The notes under the pieces: model-generated
What the model saw: the letters and a program-made list of their open reading frames with translations, nothing else
The model's database searches: none
What the model was told of the DNA's origin: nothing
Made by a program: the position numbers and the translations under genes
In this document: positions 25,647 to 38,545 of the stretch, in pieces
How positions within the stretch are numbered: position 1 is the stretch's first letter
Layout of the letters: each line of letters begins with the position of its first letter
Source of the DNA: Protoeuglena noctilucae
Taxonomy: Eukaryota
Reading direction: 5' to 3'
Assembly (NCBI GenBank): GCA_958009085.1
Contig: OY253678.1
Location: forward strand, 496,001 to 560,000
Length of the DNA stretch: 64,000 nucleotides

Positions 25647-27031
25647 ATGCAACCCGTCTTGTCCCCTTGCCCTCCCTTCGCCTCGGCCTCGGTGCCCAAG
25701 AGCCAATGCTCGCTGCTGGCAGTCCGGCGCGAGGCTCCGCGGAGAAACTGGGGACGCCAAGCGCTTGTGATCGCTCACGCGCACCCGCACGGATCGGGCC
25801 ACCCCTCAACGGCGTCGTCCGCGGGGGTGAAGACAGGTGACCCTTGCGCGGGCTTGTCGCGCTTCTTCAGGCAGCGCGCGGGGACATGCGAGGTCGTGTC
25901 TTATTCCTAAAGGCATCGCGCTGCATGGATGCATCGGCTGACGCTGCAGACGCCCGCGGGGATCCCTGCAGGCTTCATTGATGAGATGCGGGAGGTGGCC
26001 ATGCGTCTTCACACGCCGCGGCAGGCCCCCGGCCAGGGCAAGAAGGCGGAGAAGGCACCGGAGGAGAAGCCAGTGGCCGCGGTGAGCCTCCGGGAGTCTC
26101 TGGTCGTCGGCGGTCTACGTCAGAGCACAACCACACTCTCATCATCCGCTCTCCGCCCACGATTTCGCAGTGGAAGCCCACCCGCGAGGGCTACCTGCGC
26201 TTCCTTGTCCAAAGCAAAGCCGTGTACGACACGCTCGAGGGCATCATGGCTTCCGGAGTGCGTCCCGAGGTGAGCTGCCCGGCGAGCAGGGCAGCTGCCG
26301 CCGGGGAGCTGGATCCCGCGCTGGCGACGTCCGTCGATGATCCTCGCATGCAGTACGGGGTGTTCACCAAGACTGGGCTGGAGAGGGGCCCGGCGCTGGC
26401 CGAGGACGTTCAGTGGATGGCCGAGGCGTACGGGATGGCGGTCCCCGCCGTGGAGGAGGGCTCCTCGGGCGATACCTACTCCAAGTATCTGCAGGACATC
26501 TCCAAGAGCAACCCGCAGGCCTTCATCTGCCACTGGGTGAGCTGCGTGGGCCGCCGTGGACGATCGAGTGCGTGATGGGGAGTCTCCTCGCAGCCGAGCG
26601 GCCGGCAGAGGGCACACAGCGTGCAGTGCCTTGCACCCGCCCTTCCCGACTGCGTGTCCCTGCCACCTTCCACGTCGCAGTACAACCAGTACTTTGCCCA
26701 CACGGCGGGTGGCATCATGATCGGGAAGCGCATGTCGGCGGAGCTCCTGGATGGCAAGACGCTCAAGTTCTACGAGTGGGAGGGAGACGTCAAGGAGCAC
26801 CTCGCGAGGTGGGGCGCGGCTCGCGCCTGCAGCGCAGCGGTGTCGTGCGCTCAGTCCCCCCCCCTCACATACAACATGGGCCGTGGCGCTCGCAGGGTGA
26901 GGGAGCGGATCAACGAGGGCGCGGAGGGGTGGACGCGGGAGGAGAAGGACAAGTGCCTGGAGGAGACGGAGCTGTCGTTCAAGTACTCGGGCGCACTCTT
27001 GCGCGAGATTGCGGGTGGCGGTGGGCACTGA
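25647..27031 (+). CDS. HO1: Plastid heme oxygenase (plant HO1/HY1 type)
   Basis: Transit-peptide-like N-terminus, then GFIDEMREVAMRLHT, GYLRFLVQSK, TGLER, PQAFICHWYNQYFAHTAGG and CLEETELSFKYSG. Confidence 0.96.
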
Positions 27032-27319
27032 GGGTTGTTGCTGGCCCTTGCGGACCCTCGTTGTCGGACCCTCGTAGTGAACAGTGAAAACGGCAGGCTA
27101 TCTGGATCGACCCCTGTCTGCGCTGGCAGGCTTGCCCTAGTGGCTGGCAGCGGCTGGCGTCCTAGTTCTGCCAGCCCGGTGCGCTCACCCGAAGAAGTCG
27201 AAACAGGTCACTGCGGACGCCATCATCTCACGGCGAAGGGGGACTTTGTTCGGTGAAGATTTGCCAACGTACCCAGAGCTCCATTCGTCAGCATTTCAGG
27301 CCAATTCCTCGCGCGAGGG

Positions 27320-28336
27320 ATGACGTCGTCGTCGCTGGGAGTGTATCATAGGGCGATGGTGGCGAATCTTTGCAGATGTCGGGCTGGAGGTGCCGCCCGC
27401 GCCGAGGTTTGCAGGCTGAGGGCTGTGGCGCGCGATTCTTCGGGCAGGTGTGGCCTCCCGCCCGCGACGCTGCCCCTGTCACGCTCGCGATGGAGATTTT
27501 GTTTGCATCTGATGGAGGACAGAGCGCGCGCGCAGGGACGCGTGGCGCCAGGCGGCGGTGGGGCTGCTGGCTGGGCTGGTGGTGCTGGGGGGCGCTGGAC
27601 CGGCGTGCGCCAAGAGGGCGATGGAGGGCGTGAACAAGCCGGAGCTGCTGCCAAAGGAACCCAACGTGACCGTCATCGACATCGCGGGATTCTTGACAGA
27701 TGGCGAGGAGGCGCGCTTGACCCGGGAGATTGCAGCCATTGAGCAGGACACGGGCGTCAAGCTCAGGCGAGGGGCAGCGGCGCCTGACCCTGACCCGGCT
27801 GAAGGGCGGACGTGCCGCTGTGCACTCACAGTGGATGCGCTGTTCACGGAGAGGCCTCCCTCTCCGCAGGGTGCTGGCGCAGAACTACCCAGACACGCCG
27901 GGACTGGCTATCAAGGACTACTGGGGCGTCGACGGCGACACCGTGGTCATGGTCGCCGATCCCAACACGGGGAACCTGCTAAACTTCAACGTGGGCGACA
28001 ACGTCGGTGAGCACGCGTCTGCAGCCATGGTGGAGATGCCGGGGCGATGCACCTGCAGATTGCTGGCTTGGCCCATGATGCGCCGCTGCCGCTGTGACTG
28101 CCGCTGTGGCAGTTTTGGCCAAGGCCTCGCACGTCACCTGCTAAAGCGCAGACCTCGAGGTGCCGCGCAATTTTTGGTCGCGGCTGGCGGGCAAGTACGG
28201 CATCAGGTACTACTGGCGCGAGAAGGGCGAGGCAGCGGCCATCCTCAACGGCGTCAGCGCGATCGACACCTGCCTCCGGGAGCCGCAGGGCCGCGCGAAG
28301 TGCGTCACCGTGCAGGGGGAGTTCGGCGAGATGTAG
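27320..28336 (+). CDS. Thylakoid lumen 15.0 kDa TPM-domain protein (At5g52970-like)
   Basis: [59 protein letters not shown] and CLREP. Bipartite targeting sequence ending in A-x-A. Confidence 0.9.
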
Positions 28337-28654
28337 GTCGTGCCAGGCGTCGGGCACGCTCCTGAGACGATCTCACGCGCCACTGAACCGGTATCTCAAT
28401 GGCGGGCCTCGGAGCAGGCGCTCCCCGCGGCGCTGCACACAGCTCCGCCGCCCTGGCCGCATCTTCCCCCGCAACGCCGCCGCACAAAGTCGATATTGCG
28501 AGAGAGACCGAGCGGAGGGCGTGCCAATGCGGGATCTCGTGAAAGCGCGTTTCTCGCAGCACCCTGACCGAGTCTGACGGGGTCGGAGCGGGAGGCCCTC
28601 CAAGGACCCCGCGGGGCGGCCCCGCTCGCCCTCTTTCCCCGCTGGCGTCGCAGG

Positions 28655-29703
28655 ATGACGAAGGTGGGGCGCGGCGTCACGCCCCCGCGCGCAGTCCCCG
28701 CCGGGCCGACGCAGCGGTCGACGCCGCGGCGTGCGCGATGTCCGCCACGCTAGCAGAGCACATGTAGCATGCGTCGCCGTCCCGTCGGGCTCGCTCGCTG
28801 CCTGGCGGGTCGAGGGAGCCCGCTGGGGCCCCGGACCGGGCGGGGACCCGCTCGCGCGGCCCCGTCCGGCATAATGCGACCTCATACATCAAATGCTGCC
28901 GGTTCTGTGCGCCGCAGGAGATTGTGGTGGACGCCCGCGGGCACCTCCTGGGCCGTCTGGCCTCGGTGGTGGCCAAGCAGATTCTCTCGGGCCAGCACGT
29001 CACCATCGTGCGTTGCGAGGAGATTCTCATCTCGGGGGGGCTCACGCGCCAGCGGATGAAGTACGAGCGGTTCCTGGCCAAGGCGCACAACAGCAACAAG
29101 TTCCGCTGCGGTCCCTGGCACTACAGGCGAGGAGACGGCCGCGCCGTCCGGGGCACCGATTCTGCGGGGACTCGCTCCGCGCGCGGGGCGTGGGAGCCGG
29201 CCCCGCGGCGCGCCCGCGGCGCCCCCAGCGAGCCTGCGACGGCGCTCCGCGCTCCTGCAGGGCCCCCTCCCGCATGATGTGGCGGGCGGTGCGCGGGATG
29301 GTGCCCCACAAGACCTTCCGCGGCAACGAGTCGATGGGCCGCCTCAAGTGCTTCGAGGGGATCCCGGCGCCCTACGACACGCAGAAGCGCATGGTGGTGC
29401 CCGAGGCGCTCAAGGTCCTGCGCCTCCAGCACGGGCGCCGCAACTGCCGCCTGGGTGACCTCGCCACCAAGGTCGGCTGGCGCCACGGGGAGATGGTGGC
29501 CCGGCTGGAGGACAAGCGCAGGGAGCGCGCCGCCGCCTGGCACAAGGCGCGCCAGCCCCAGGTGCGGCCGCGGGGCCCGGCCCGAGTCAGACCGCTGTTT
29601 CCGGCCCGGCAAGATGCGCGTTGGAAAGACCTGGATTGATTCCTGACGCCCGCAGCTGGCCAAGGTCCGTGCGGCCTACAAGAAGGCGGACGCCCAGGTC
29701 TGA
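28655..29703 (+). CDS. RPL13A: 60S ribosomal protein uL13 (L13a)
   Basis: [47 protein letters not shown] and VVPEALKV. Introns 28664-28917, 29127-29260 (GC-AG) and one near the C-terminus. Confidence 0.97.
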
Positions 29704-29947
29704 GCGTCGACGTCTGGGGGAGGGCCGGGCGAGGGCGGGGCGGTGCGCGGGGACCACCGACTCTGACCGTTTGCCTGGACCGCTTGCTCACGGGGTGTGC
29801 GCCGCAAGCTGCGTGTCCCTTCCGCGTGTCCTCGAGGGCATGGCTGCGACTGACCAGGCAGGCATGGCGGGCGAGGCCGCGTCAATCGGCCCAATCGCCG
29901 TTGAATGGTGTAGGGGAGTGTGGTGCGAAGGAAAGGGGCGCGGCGAG

Positions 29948-31981
<2,034 letters not shown>

Positions 31982-32283
31982 TTATAGACAGGGGAGGAGG
32001 CGAGGTGGACCGCAGGCTCCCCTGCGGCCGTATTTTCGTGTTAACTTGAGGTTTGGTTTCCACGAGGATGATTTGATGGCATTCGTCTTTTGCCGAGGTG
32101 ACTTTTTCAAAGCTCGCCCATCCGCGGCGAGGGAAGACCTCGGCGAGCTCGCGGGCCCTTGGTCCGTGGGAATGGCGCACTGCGTCCAGGTCCGCGCGGT
32201 CAAATTGTCAAGGAAGGCACTGCCGTGCATATCTTGAGCCCGCAGGCACGTGGGCTCGTGCGGCCCGCGCAGTGCTTGTGTAG

Positions 32284-35152
32284 ATGGGGAGCACGGAGCC
32301 CGTGGAGCGCAAGGACCCCCTGCGCAGGGCCCCGGCGGTGACGTTTGCGCCCTCCACGGTGAGAGCCGCCGGGTTTGGCGGTTTAGATTGATGTGCTGCC
32401 GGGTGGGGGGCGCGAGAACCCGGCGGGCGCGATGGCCGTCCTCAGCCCGAGGAGGGCATACGTGGAGTGCGGCCCGTCCGGCGGCCCCGCCCGGCAGAGT
32501 CCCCGCGGCTGTTGGTGCTCGCAGAAGTCCGGGGATGGGGAGTTTTTGATCGACGGGCCCGAGCGCGAGGGCGGACCGCCCGCGCCGTGGGGGCCTGGGC
32601 CCCCCGTGCCGCCACCACCAGCGCGCTGGCGCGGCGACCCGGGCGCAGCGGCGGACGCCTCAGGGTGGTCAGGAGGACCTATGTTTCGCCAGGCATCCCT
32701 CGAGAGCCAGTCGAGCATCACCCAGGGCCGCCTGCACTCGGAGGGGGGCTTGGATGACGTCATGTCCAAGCGCATGTCAGGGGCCTTGTCGACGACCCAA
32801 TCGACCGTCACGCTTGGCTCCAACCCCCACGGCTACCCCGCGCCCCCCGCTCCTCCTCCCCGCGACCTCCAGCGCGCCGTCAGCGTCGAGAGCCGGTGAG
32901 TGGCGCCGAGCCCTCACACCCCGCGGCCATCGTCCTGGACCCCTGGGCCTCATCCCCCCCTGCCATCGCCGCCCGCGCAGCGTGAGCTCCGGGCGCCAGG
33001 CCCCTTCTCCGGCGCTGGCTGCTCGGCCGAGGTCTTTCAACCACCAGCAGACGCCCACGACCCTGGGGCTCGGAGTGCCGGCCGCCCCGCCTGCCCCGCC
33101 CCCGCCGCCCCCGCCGCCCCCGCCGCGGCAGCTCAAGCGCATGTCGAGTGGGATGGACGTGTTACTCCCGCCACCGCCGCCGCCACCGCCCCCGCGCCAG
33201 GCGAGTGCTCCGCCCCGCCCCTGGGGTGTCGTGCACACATCTCGCTCCACCCCAGACTGACCGGCGTGCGTGCGCGTCTGCAGGCACCCGCACCGCCCGC
33301 GAGGCAGCCCTCGCCGCCGCCCCGCCGCCCCGCGACGGCGACCGGGGACACGGCCGTCGACCGACCGGACCCCTCCACCACCAGGGACCCCTCTACCAGG
33401 GACACCACCACCAGGGACCCTAGCCTGGGCCTGTCGTGGCCGTCGGCAGTCGCCGCGCAGCGCCTCGCCTCCGTCGCGACGGCGCCGCTGCCGTCGCCGG
33501 CCAGCCTCGGCACGTCGAGGCGAGGGTCGGGCCGGGGCCCGCTAGCCAGGCCGTGCGCTCGGTGTGTACCGCTCAACACGGAGCAGAACTGACGGCTCGC
33601 GAGTCCGCCCTCCCGCGCAGGTCGCCTCGGGAAGGGGCCGCAGTCTGGACTTCCGGGGCGCCGCGTCAGGGGGACCTGCACAATGCGTCGGGGATTCTGG
33701 CGGCACCGGCCGGGGGGAGACCCCTGCCGGGCTTCCCCCGCCACGATGCCGCGCTGCGCTCCAGCAGCGCGGCGGAGACGGTCCACCTAACAAGCGACTC
33801 TCAGGTGCGTGAGGGCCAGAGGGTGTTCGCGCGGCTCGGCGTGCGTCGTGGGGCTTGCTGCACGCGCAGAGGGCCAAGGATCCCGGTAGTAGTGGGCAAA
33901 CACCTCTTGTTGCTTCCTCTCGTCTCAACCACGCAACCGCGTTGGACGTGAGCCGCTTCATGTGTGCTGCTGATCCGCAGGAGGGGGCGGACGACGACAT
34001 TGCGCGGAACCTCCCGAGTCTCTTCCCCGAGGACATTCTCCAGGAGCTGCAGAACGTGCTGCAGCCGGCGCTGTGGGGCAACAGCGCCCACGCGCCGGTC
34101 TCGCCGACGATGGTGTCGCCGACGCGGGACCCCGACCCCTACCAGCAGTGGGCGCCGGCGCCCGAGGGGCCGAGGGTGCCCGCGGGGCCACCCTCGGGTC
34201 TCTCCCGGGACGCAGCGGCGGCGCTGCGTGCGCTGGGGGTGACGGAGGAGCAGGCCATGACCCTTCTGCGCACGATGGGCTTCTCGGACGTCGACGCGGA
34301 CCTCCTGCATCGCCTCGCGGGGCACCAATCGACGGGCGCCGCGCGGGGCCTGCCTGGCCCGGGCAATGTCCCACCACCCGGGGCCGCCCGCGCGGGGGCA
34401 GTGGAGTCGGGGGCGGCTATGGGGGCGCGGCTGAGCCTGGCGCAGCTGCAGCAGGCCGCGGCAGCGCACGTCCTCGGCCAGGGTCCGCCCCCGCCCGGCC
34501 TGGTCCACCCCGGGCCCTTCCGCGCCACGCCCTTCGGCATCCCGGGGTCGCCGCGGCTGCCCATGCAGGCCGCGCCAGCCATGGGGCCACACGACGCGGC
34601 CGCGCGCCTGGCCGGCTTCCCGGCGATGCCCCCACATACGGGGCCGGGCATGGACCCCTCGGGGGTCGCCCTCCCGGGCCTGCATGCGAGGTACGCTCCA
34701 CCCTTGCTCCCGCAGCCCACATCGCCCGACTCTGACTGGCGCGTCCGTGCGGGTGAGTCGCCTCCGCCTGGTCGCGGCTCGCGGGCCACCATTAACCCGA
34801 TGTGGCGCTCCTGACGCTCCGCTCGTGTTGGCCAGCCTCTCTCATCCCAGCGCGCAGACATGCAAGTGCCCGTGCCAGCCTGCCTGCCGTCCTCCGGTGT
34901 GGTTGAGACCGCGCGAGCCTCCCTGTCGCCCCGCACGCAGGCGCCGTGCTCCTCCCGATGGTGTCTGCCTACCTGGGCGGCGTGCCAGAGCGCGTCGTCC
35001 GCGTCACCGCCATGCTGCTCGAGCTGGACGCCGCCCACGTGGTGGCCCTGCTGAGGGACGGGCCCTCGCTGGCGCAGGCCATCCAGGCGGCTCTGGTGGT
35101 GCTCGACGCGCCCACCTGTGCCTCGCACCACCCCTGGGGTCTCGACCCTTGA
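32284..35152 (+). CDS. Proline-rich protein with a UBA-like segment and a C-terminal MLLE (PABC) domain, no RRMs
   Basis: The last exon reads VRVTAMLLELDAAHVVALLRDGPSLAQAIQAALVVL. LLRTMGFSDVD resembles a UBA motif. Polyproline tracts; six phase-consistent introns. Confidence 0.75.
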
Positions 35153-35471
35153 CGAGCGGGGATGACGGCTTGGCTGTCATGGAGGACTGACCCCCGCACC
35201 CCTCCGCGGCTCTGGAAGAGGCCCACGCACTGCACACCTCTCATGCTCCCCCTCGCACGCTCCGCCGGGACGCCCGTTCCCGTGCCGTGGCCGTGCGCAC
35301 TGACAAACTCACAACGCGCGTGGTTTTTGATCCCGGTGTTGTCGGCGTGGCCGGCACCTCCGCATCCCCAGTTCCATCCCCCGTTTCCCTGCTTGTGCGC
35401 GTGGGACCGACCCTCGGCGGTGTGCCGGCAAGCAGTCCCCGCCCAACTAGTCAGTAACATGGTTGTCTCGA

Positions 35472-35692
35472 CATGCCGACGGCATTCTGCGCCTGGCATG
35501 TATTTTTATTGGCAGTGGGGGTCCCCTCCTAGCGTGTGCGCTGTCCCCCCACTGGATGCATGGTACCGAACCGCTCGCCAGTCGTGGCATTACCCGCAGT
35601 GCCATGCCCCCGGATGTGCGGGACTTGCGCAGCTGACGTCGCAAGCCTGCACGGGGCATGGCGCGTGGCGGTGGCAGGCTGGCGTCGGCATG
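35472..35692 (+). ncRNA. Candidate structured RNA element (three-way junction), class unknown
   Basis: Nested helices traced by hand: 35472-79/35685-92, 35497-504/35555-62, 35513-21/35546-54, 35576-83/35677-84, 35599-610/35653-64, 35616-22/35646-52 and 35624-29/35640-45. G-U wobbles favour the + strand. Confidence 0.35.
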
Positions 35693-36030
35693 ACGGGCCA
35701 CCCTGACACCTTGCAGCCTGCCGCTGCATCCTCTCCTTTTTCTGTTTGCCGGCCCTGAGCATCAGGCCGGCGCCCAGTAGCAGTCGCTTGCTTGCTCGCA
35801 CCGCAGCTCCCCGGCGCCGCGGGCTGGACGACCAGGCGCGAGTCTGTGTCACAGCACCCACTAATCCCACGGTGCCTCTTTGCAGGGCACCGCTCCTTTG
35901 CAAGCGGCCCGGTTTCCACTCTAGATAGTCTGGCTCTGGGATGGCCCGCCAGCCGGCCCTTAAACTAGCTCGCTTCGCCGAATTTGAACGTAGGTAGAAC
36001 GGAACGACACTGGCTCGCAGCAACAGCGCC

Positions 36031-36457
36031 TCAGTTGTCACCCTGCATGGCCACGTCCTTGCCGCTGCCCCTCGCCTTGCCCTTCTTCTTCGTCACGCCG
36101 CCGCTCGAAGCCTTCAGTGCGACCCCCTTGAGCTTCTTGCCCTTCCACGCCTGCGAGCCGAGCGAAGGGGGCGCGGCTGTGGAGGTGCGCGGGTGCGCCA
36201 GGAACGGACCGGCCTGCGCGCGCGGCCCACGCACCGGCTTGACGGCGCCCCCCTCCTTCGCAGCGTTCCGCTTCTGAGCCTGCTGCTGCGCCTTCTTCGC
36301 GCGAACCGCGACGCGCTTCTGGGGCGCGGGGAGCGGGCAACGTCGCGGCGTTGCGGCTTTGCAGCTGCCCGCCTGCTGGCGCCCCGCAACTGCCGAGACG
36401 CACCAGTTTTTGAAACGACTTCTTCTTCTGGTTAGGGTCGCCTCGACCGCGGCCCAT
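36031..36457 (-). CDS. Small Lys-rich basic protein (~85 aa, 3 exons)
   Basis: MGRGRGDPNQKKKSFQKL|KRVAVRAKKAQQQ...VKP|AWKGKKLKG...MQGDN*, joined by two GT-AG introns. Confidence 0.7.
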
Positions 36458-36656
36458 CTTGGGGACGGACACAGCCGTTTGGCCGGCCGCGAGGTCGCCT
36501 CGTGTGTAACGGCGTTGCCTGGGGCAGAAGAGAGATGTAATGGACGACAGCAGTTTCACTGAATCGAGAGGGATTTTTTTTTTGCCAATGATTCAAAGCA
36601 GCAACAGCAGGCCCTGAGGCTGTTAGGGTGCACCGGTCCCCCTGCTCTGGCGTGCG

Positions 36657-37371
36657 TCAAGCGGTGTCGGCGTTGCGCGTGAGGAAGTCCGGGTCCCGCT
36701 GGAACTTTTCCTGGAAGCGAGCCAACCAGCGGCCGAACAGGTCCGTGGGCAGCGAGACGGTTGTGCTGAAGGAGGAAAGGTACCGGTACAGGTCTGCGGG
36801 CGGGAGTGCCCATGCGTCATGTGGCCCCTCCCACCAGTCCGTGGCGGCACTGTCACCAGGCAGCGCCGTCAGAGCCTCACCCATGGCCACCAGCCGGGCG
36901 AAGTCCGCCTTCTCGGCCACTCTGGCGTGCACCTTGCCCTCCAGGTCCGACAGGGGCTCGACCGACACGCCGACCTGGACCACGCCTGGCCCGGGGGTCG
37001 CGTCCAGGCGAGGCCATCGCAGGGGCATCGTCTCGCTCGGATGCGCGGCGCTGACGCCTCCCCGGAACTGCCAGTCCTGTCCTCCCACCGCGACGTAGAG
37101 CGCCAGCCCACAGCTGCACGGGGAACGGGCCTGCTTCACTGGGGACGAAGCGCGCGACTGAGCGGCCTGGACAGCCTCCCCGAGGTCCTCGCCTGGGGTC
37201 GAGGGCGCCGGGCTGGGTGAGGAAGAGACACACGTCCCGCAGCGTCCCGTAGTCGGGGGTCACGGCGGTGCAGACATCGAGAACCCAGTGCGTGGCGTCA
37301 ATCTGGACCATGCTCGTGCTGGGGACAGGGTAGCTCTTCCCCATGAACATGATGGCGAACGCGCCGGCCAT
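36657..37371 (-). CDS. Hikeshi/OPI10-family protein
   Basis: QIDATHWVLD, VCLFL, LALYV, WQFRGGVSAAHPS, VGVSVEPL, DLYRYLSSF and WLARFQEKFQRDPDFL. Confidence 0.9.
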
Positions 37372-37726
37372 CTCTCTCGGCTATGCGTGCAAGCGGCGGT
37401 CGGCTACGCGCGTGCAAACAGCGGATGTGGACCCTTTCACACACGGGGGCCTCCCGTTGGTCCACGCACAGCGATCGCACCAGGGGGTGCCACGCGCACC
37501 GATCGCATCAGCTGGTGAGTCACGTGCAGGGGGGGAGGGACAGGGAGGAATCTAGGCAGGGTCAGGTGTGTCACTGGCACAGCGAACCTGCGCCAGACTC
37601 GACGGTTTCTCGACATAAGCCCTCGACGGTGCCCCCGAGGCTCACTGCCACATCGCTTCGCCCAAACGCACTCATCAGATCGCACTGCGACTCCAGGCTC
37701 GACGCCTCGGCCGGAAAAGACGCAAC

Positions 37727-38297
37727 ATGTCCCTCAATCCCGCTGCGACCGAGTTCTGGCCCCACGCCATGACCCAGGTGAGCGAGGTCGAGTCGGGAAA
37801 CGGAGGAGTGCGGTCCAGGGACCCGTCCGGCCGCTGGGGAGGCCGGACCGCGCTTCCCTGACGTGGAGCCCTAACTGCCGCGCTCGTTCTCCGCGCTTGG
37901 AGCCCCCCGTGCCTCGCCGTCTCGCCGGAAGTCAAGTTATGATACATTCGACTCGCCGCGCATCCCGACCACCCATCCGCGTCCCCGCTGCTTCCAGCTT
38001 GGGGAACCCCTCCCGAGAAGTCTTACTCCCCTGCAGGATATGGCGTGGGCCGAGGAGCTCGTCACTCGCTTCAGCTTCGACGACTTGGAAGAGGAGGACC
38101 ACATTGAGCAGGTGCGGAGCACGGAGACATGCATGCGGAGCACGGAGACATGCATCCAAAAATTCGACATCGCCACTGATTAACATGCGAGCCTCCTTCC
38201 CCTTCCTTCGCAGTGGCTTGACACGATGGCGGAGATTGAGGAGGAGGACGATGAGATGGAGGAGGCGCAGCGGATGGTCGTGGTCGCGGCCCAATGA
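37727..38297 (+). CDS. ~69-aa acidic microprotein with an N-terminal PAM2 motif (PAIP2/ERD15-like architecture); missed by the ORF track
   Basis: MSLNPAATEFWPHAMTQ|DMAWAEELVTRFSFDDLEEEDHIEQ|WLDTMAEIEEEDDEMEEAQRMVVVAAQ*, with two phase-0 GT-AG introns. Confidence 0.8.
38112..38155 (+). repeat. 21-bp tandem duplication at the 5' end of an intron
   Basis: tgcggagcacggagacatgca occurs twice in tandem. Confidence 0.85.
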
Positions 38298-38545
38298 CGC
38301 GCTCACAAGGGGACGTGGCCCAGGGGCAGATGATTGGTCGCCCTCGCTTCATGACGTTGTTCTCGTTGACCACTCGCGCTCACCATGATATCACGCGAGC
38401 TCCTCGACTTTGCTGCGCCGTGCCCAGAGTGTGCTCCGTTAGAGAAACCCCACAGCTAAGCTATTTTGTTCGCGCTGAACGAACACCTTTCTGAGCCCGG
38501 ATAGATCCTAGGGTCGCAGGGGAATCGTTCAACGCCTGACAGATC

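Noticed and set aside
35430..35660. RNase MRP-like agtccccg / cacggggc pair
   Set aside because: It lacks the GAAAGUCCCC context and the GARAR loop, and the 3' element is buried in another stem.
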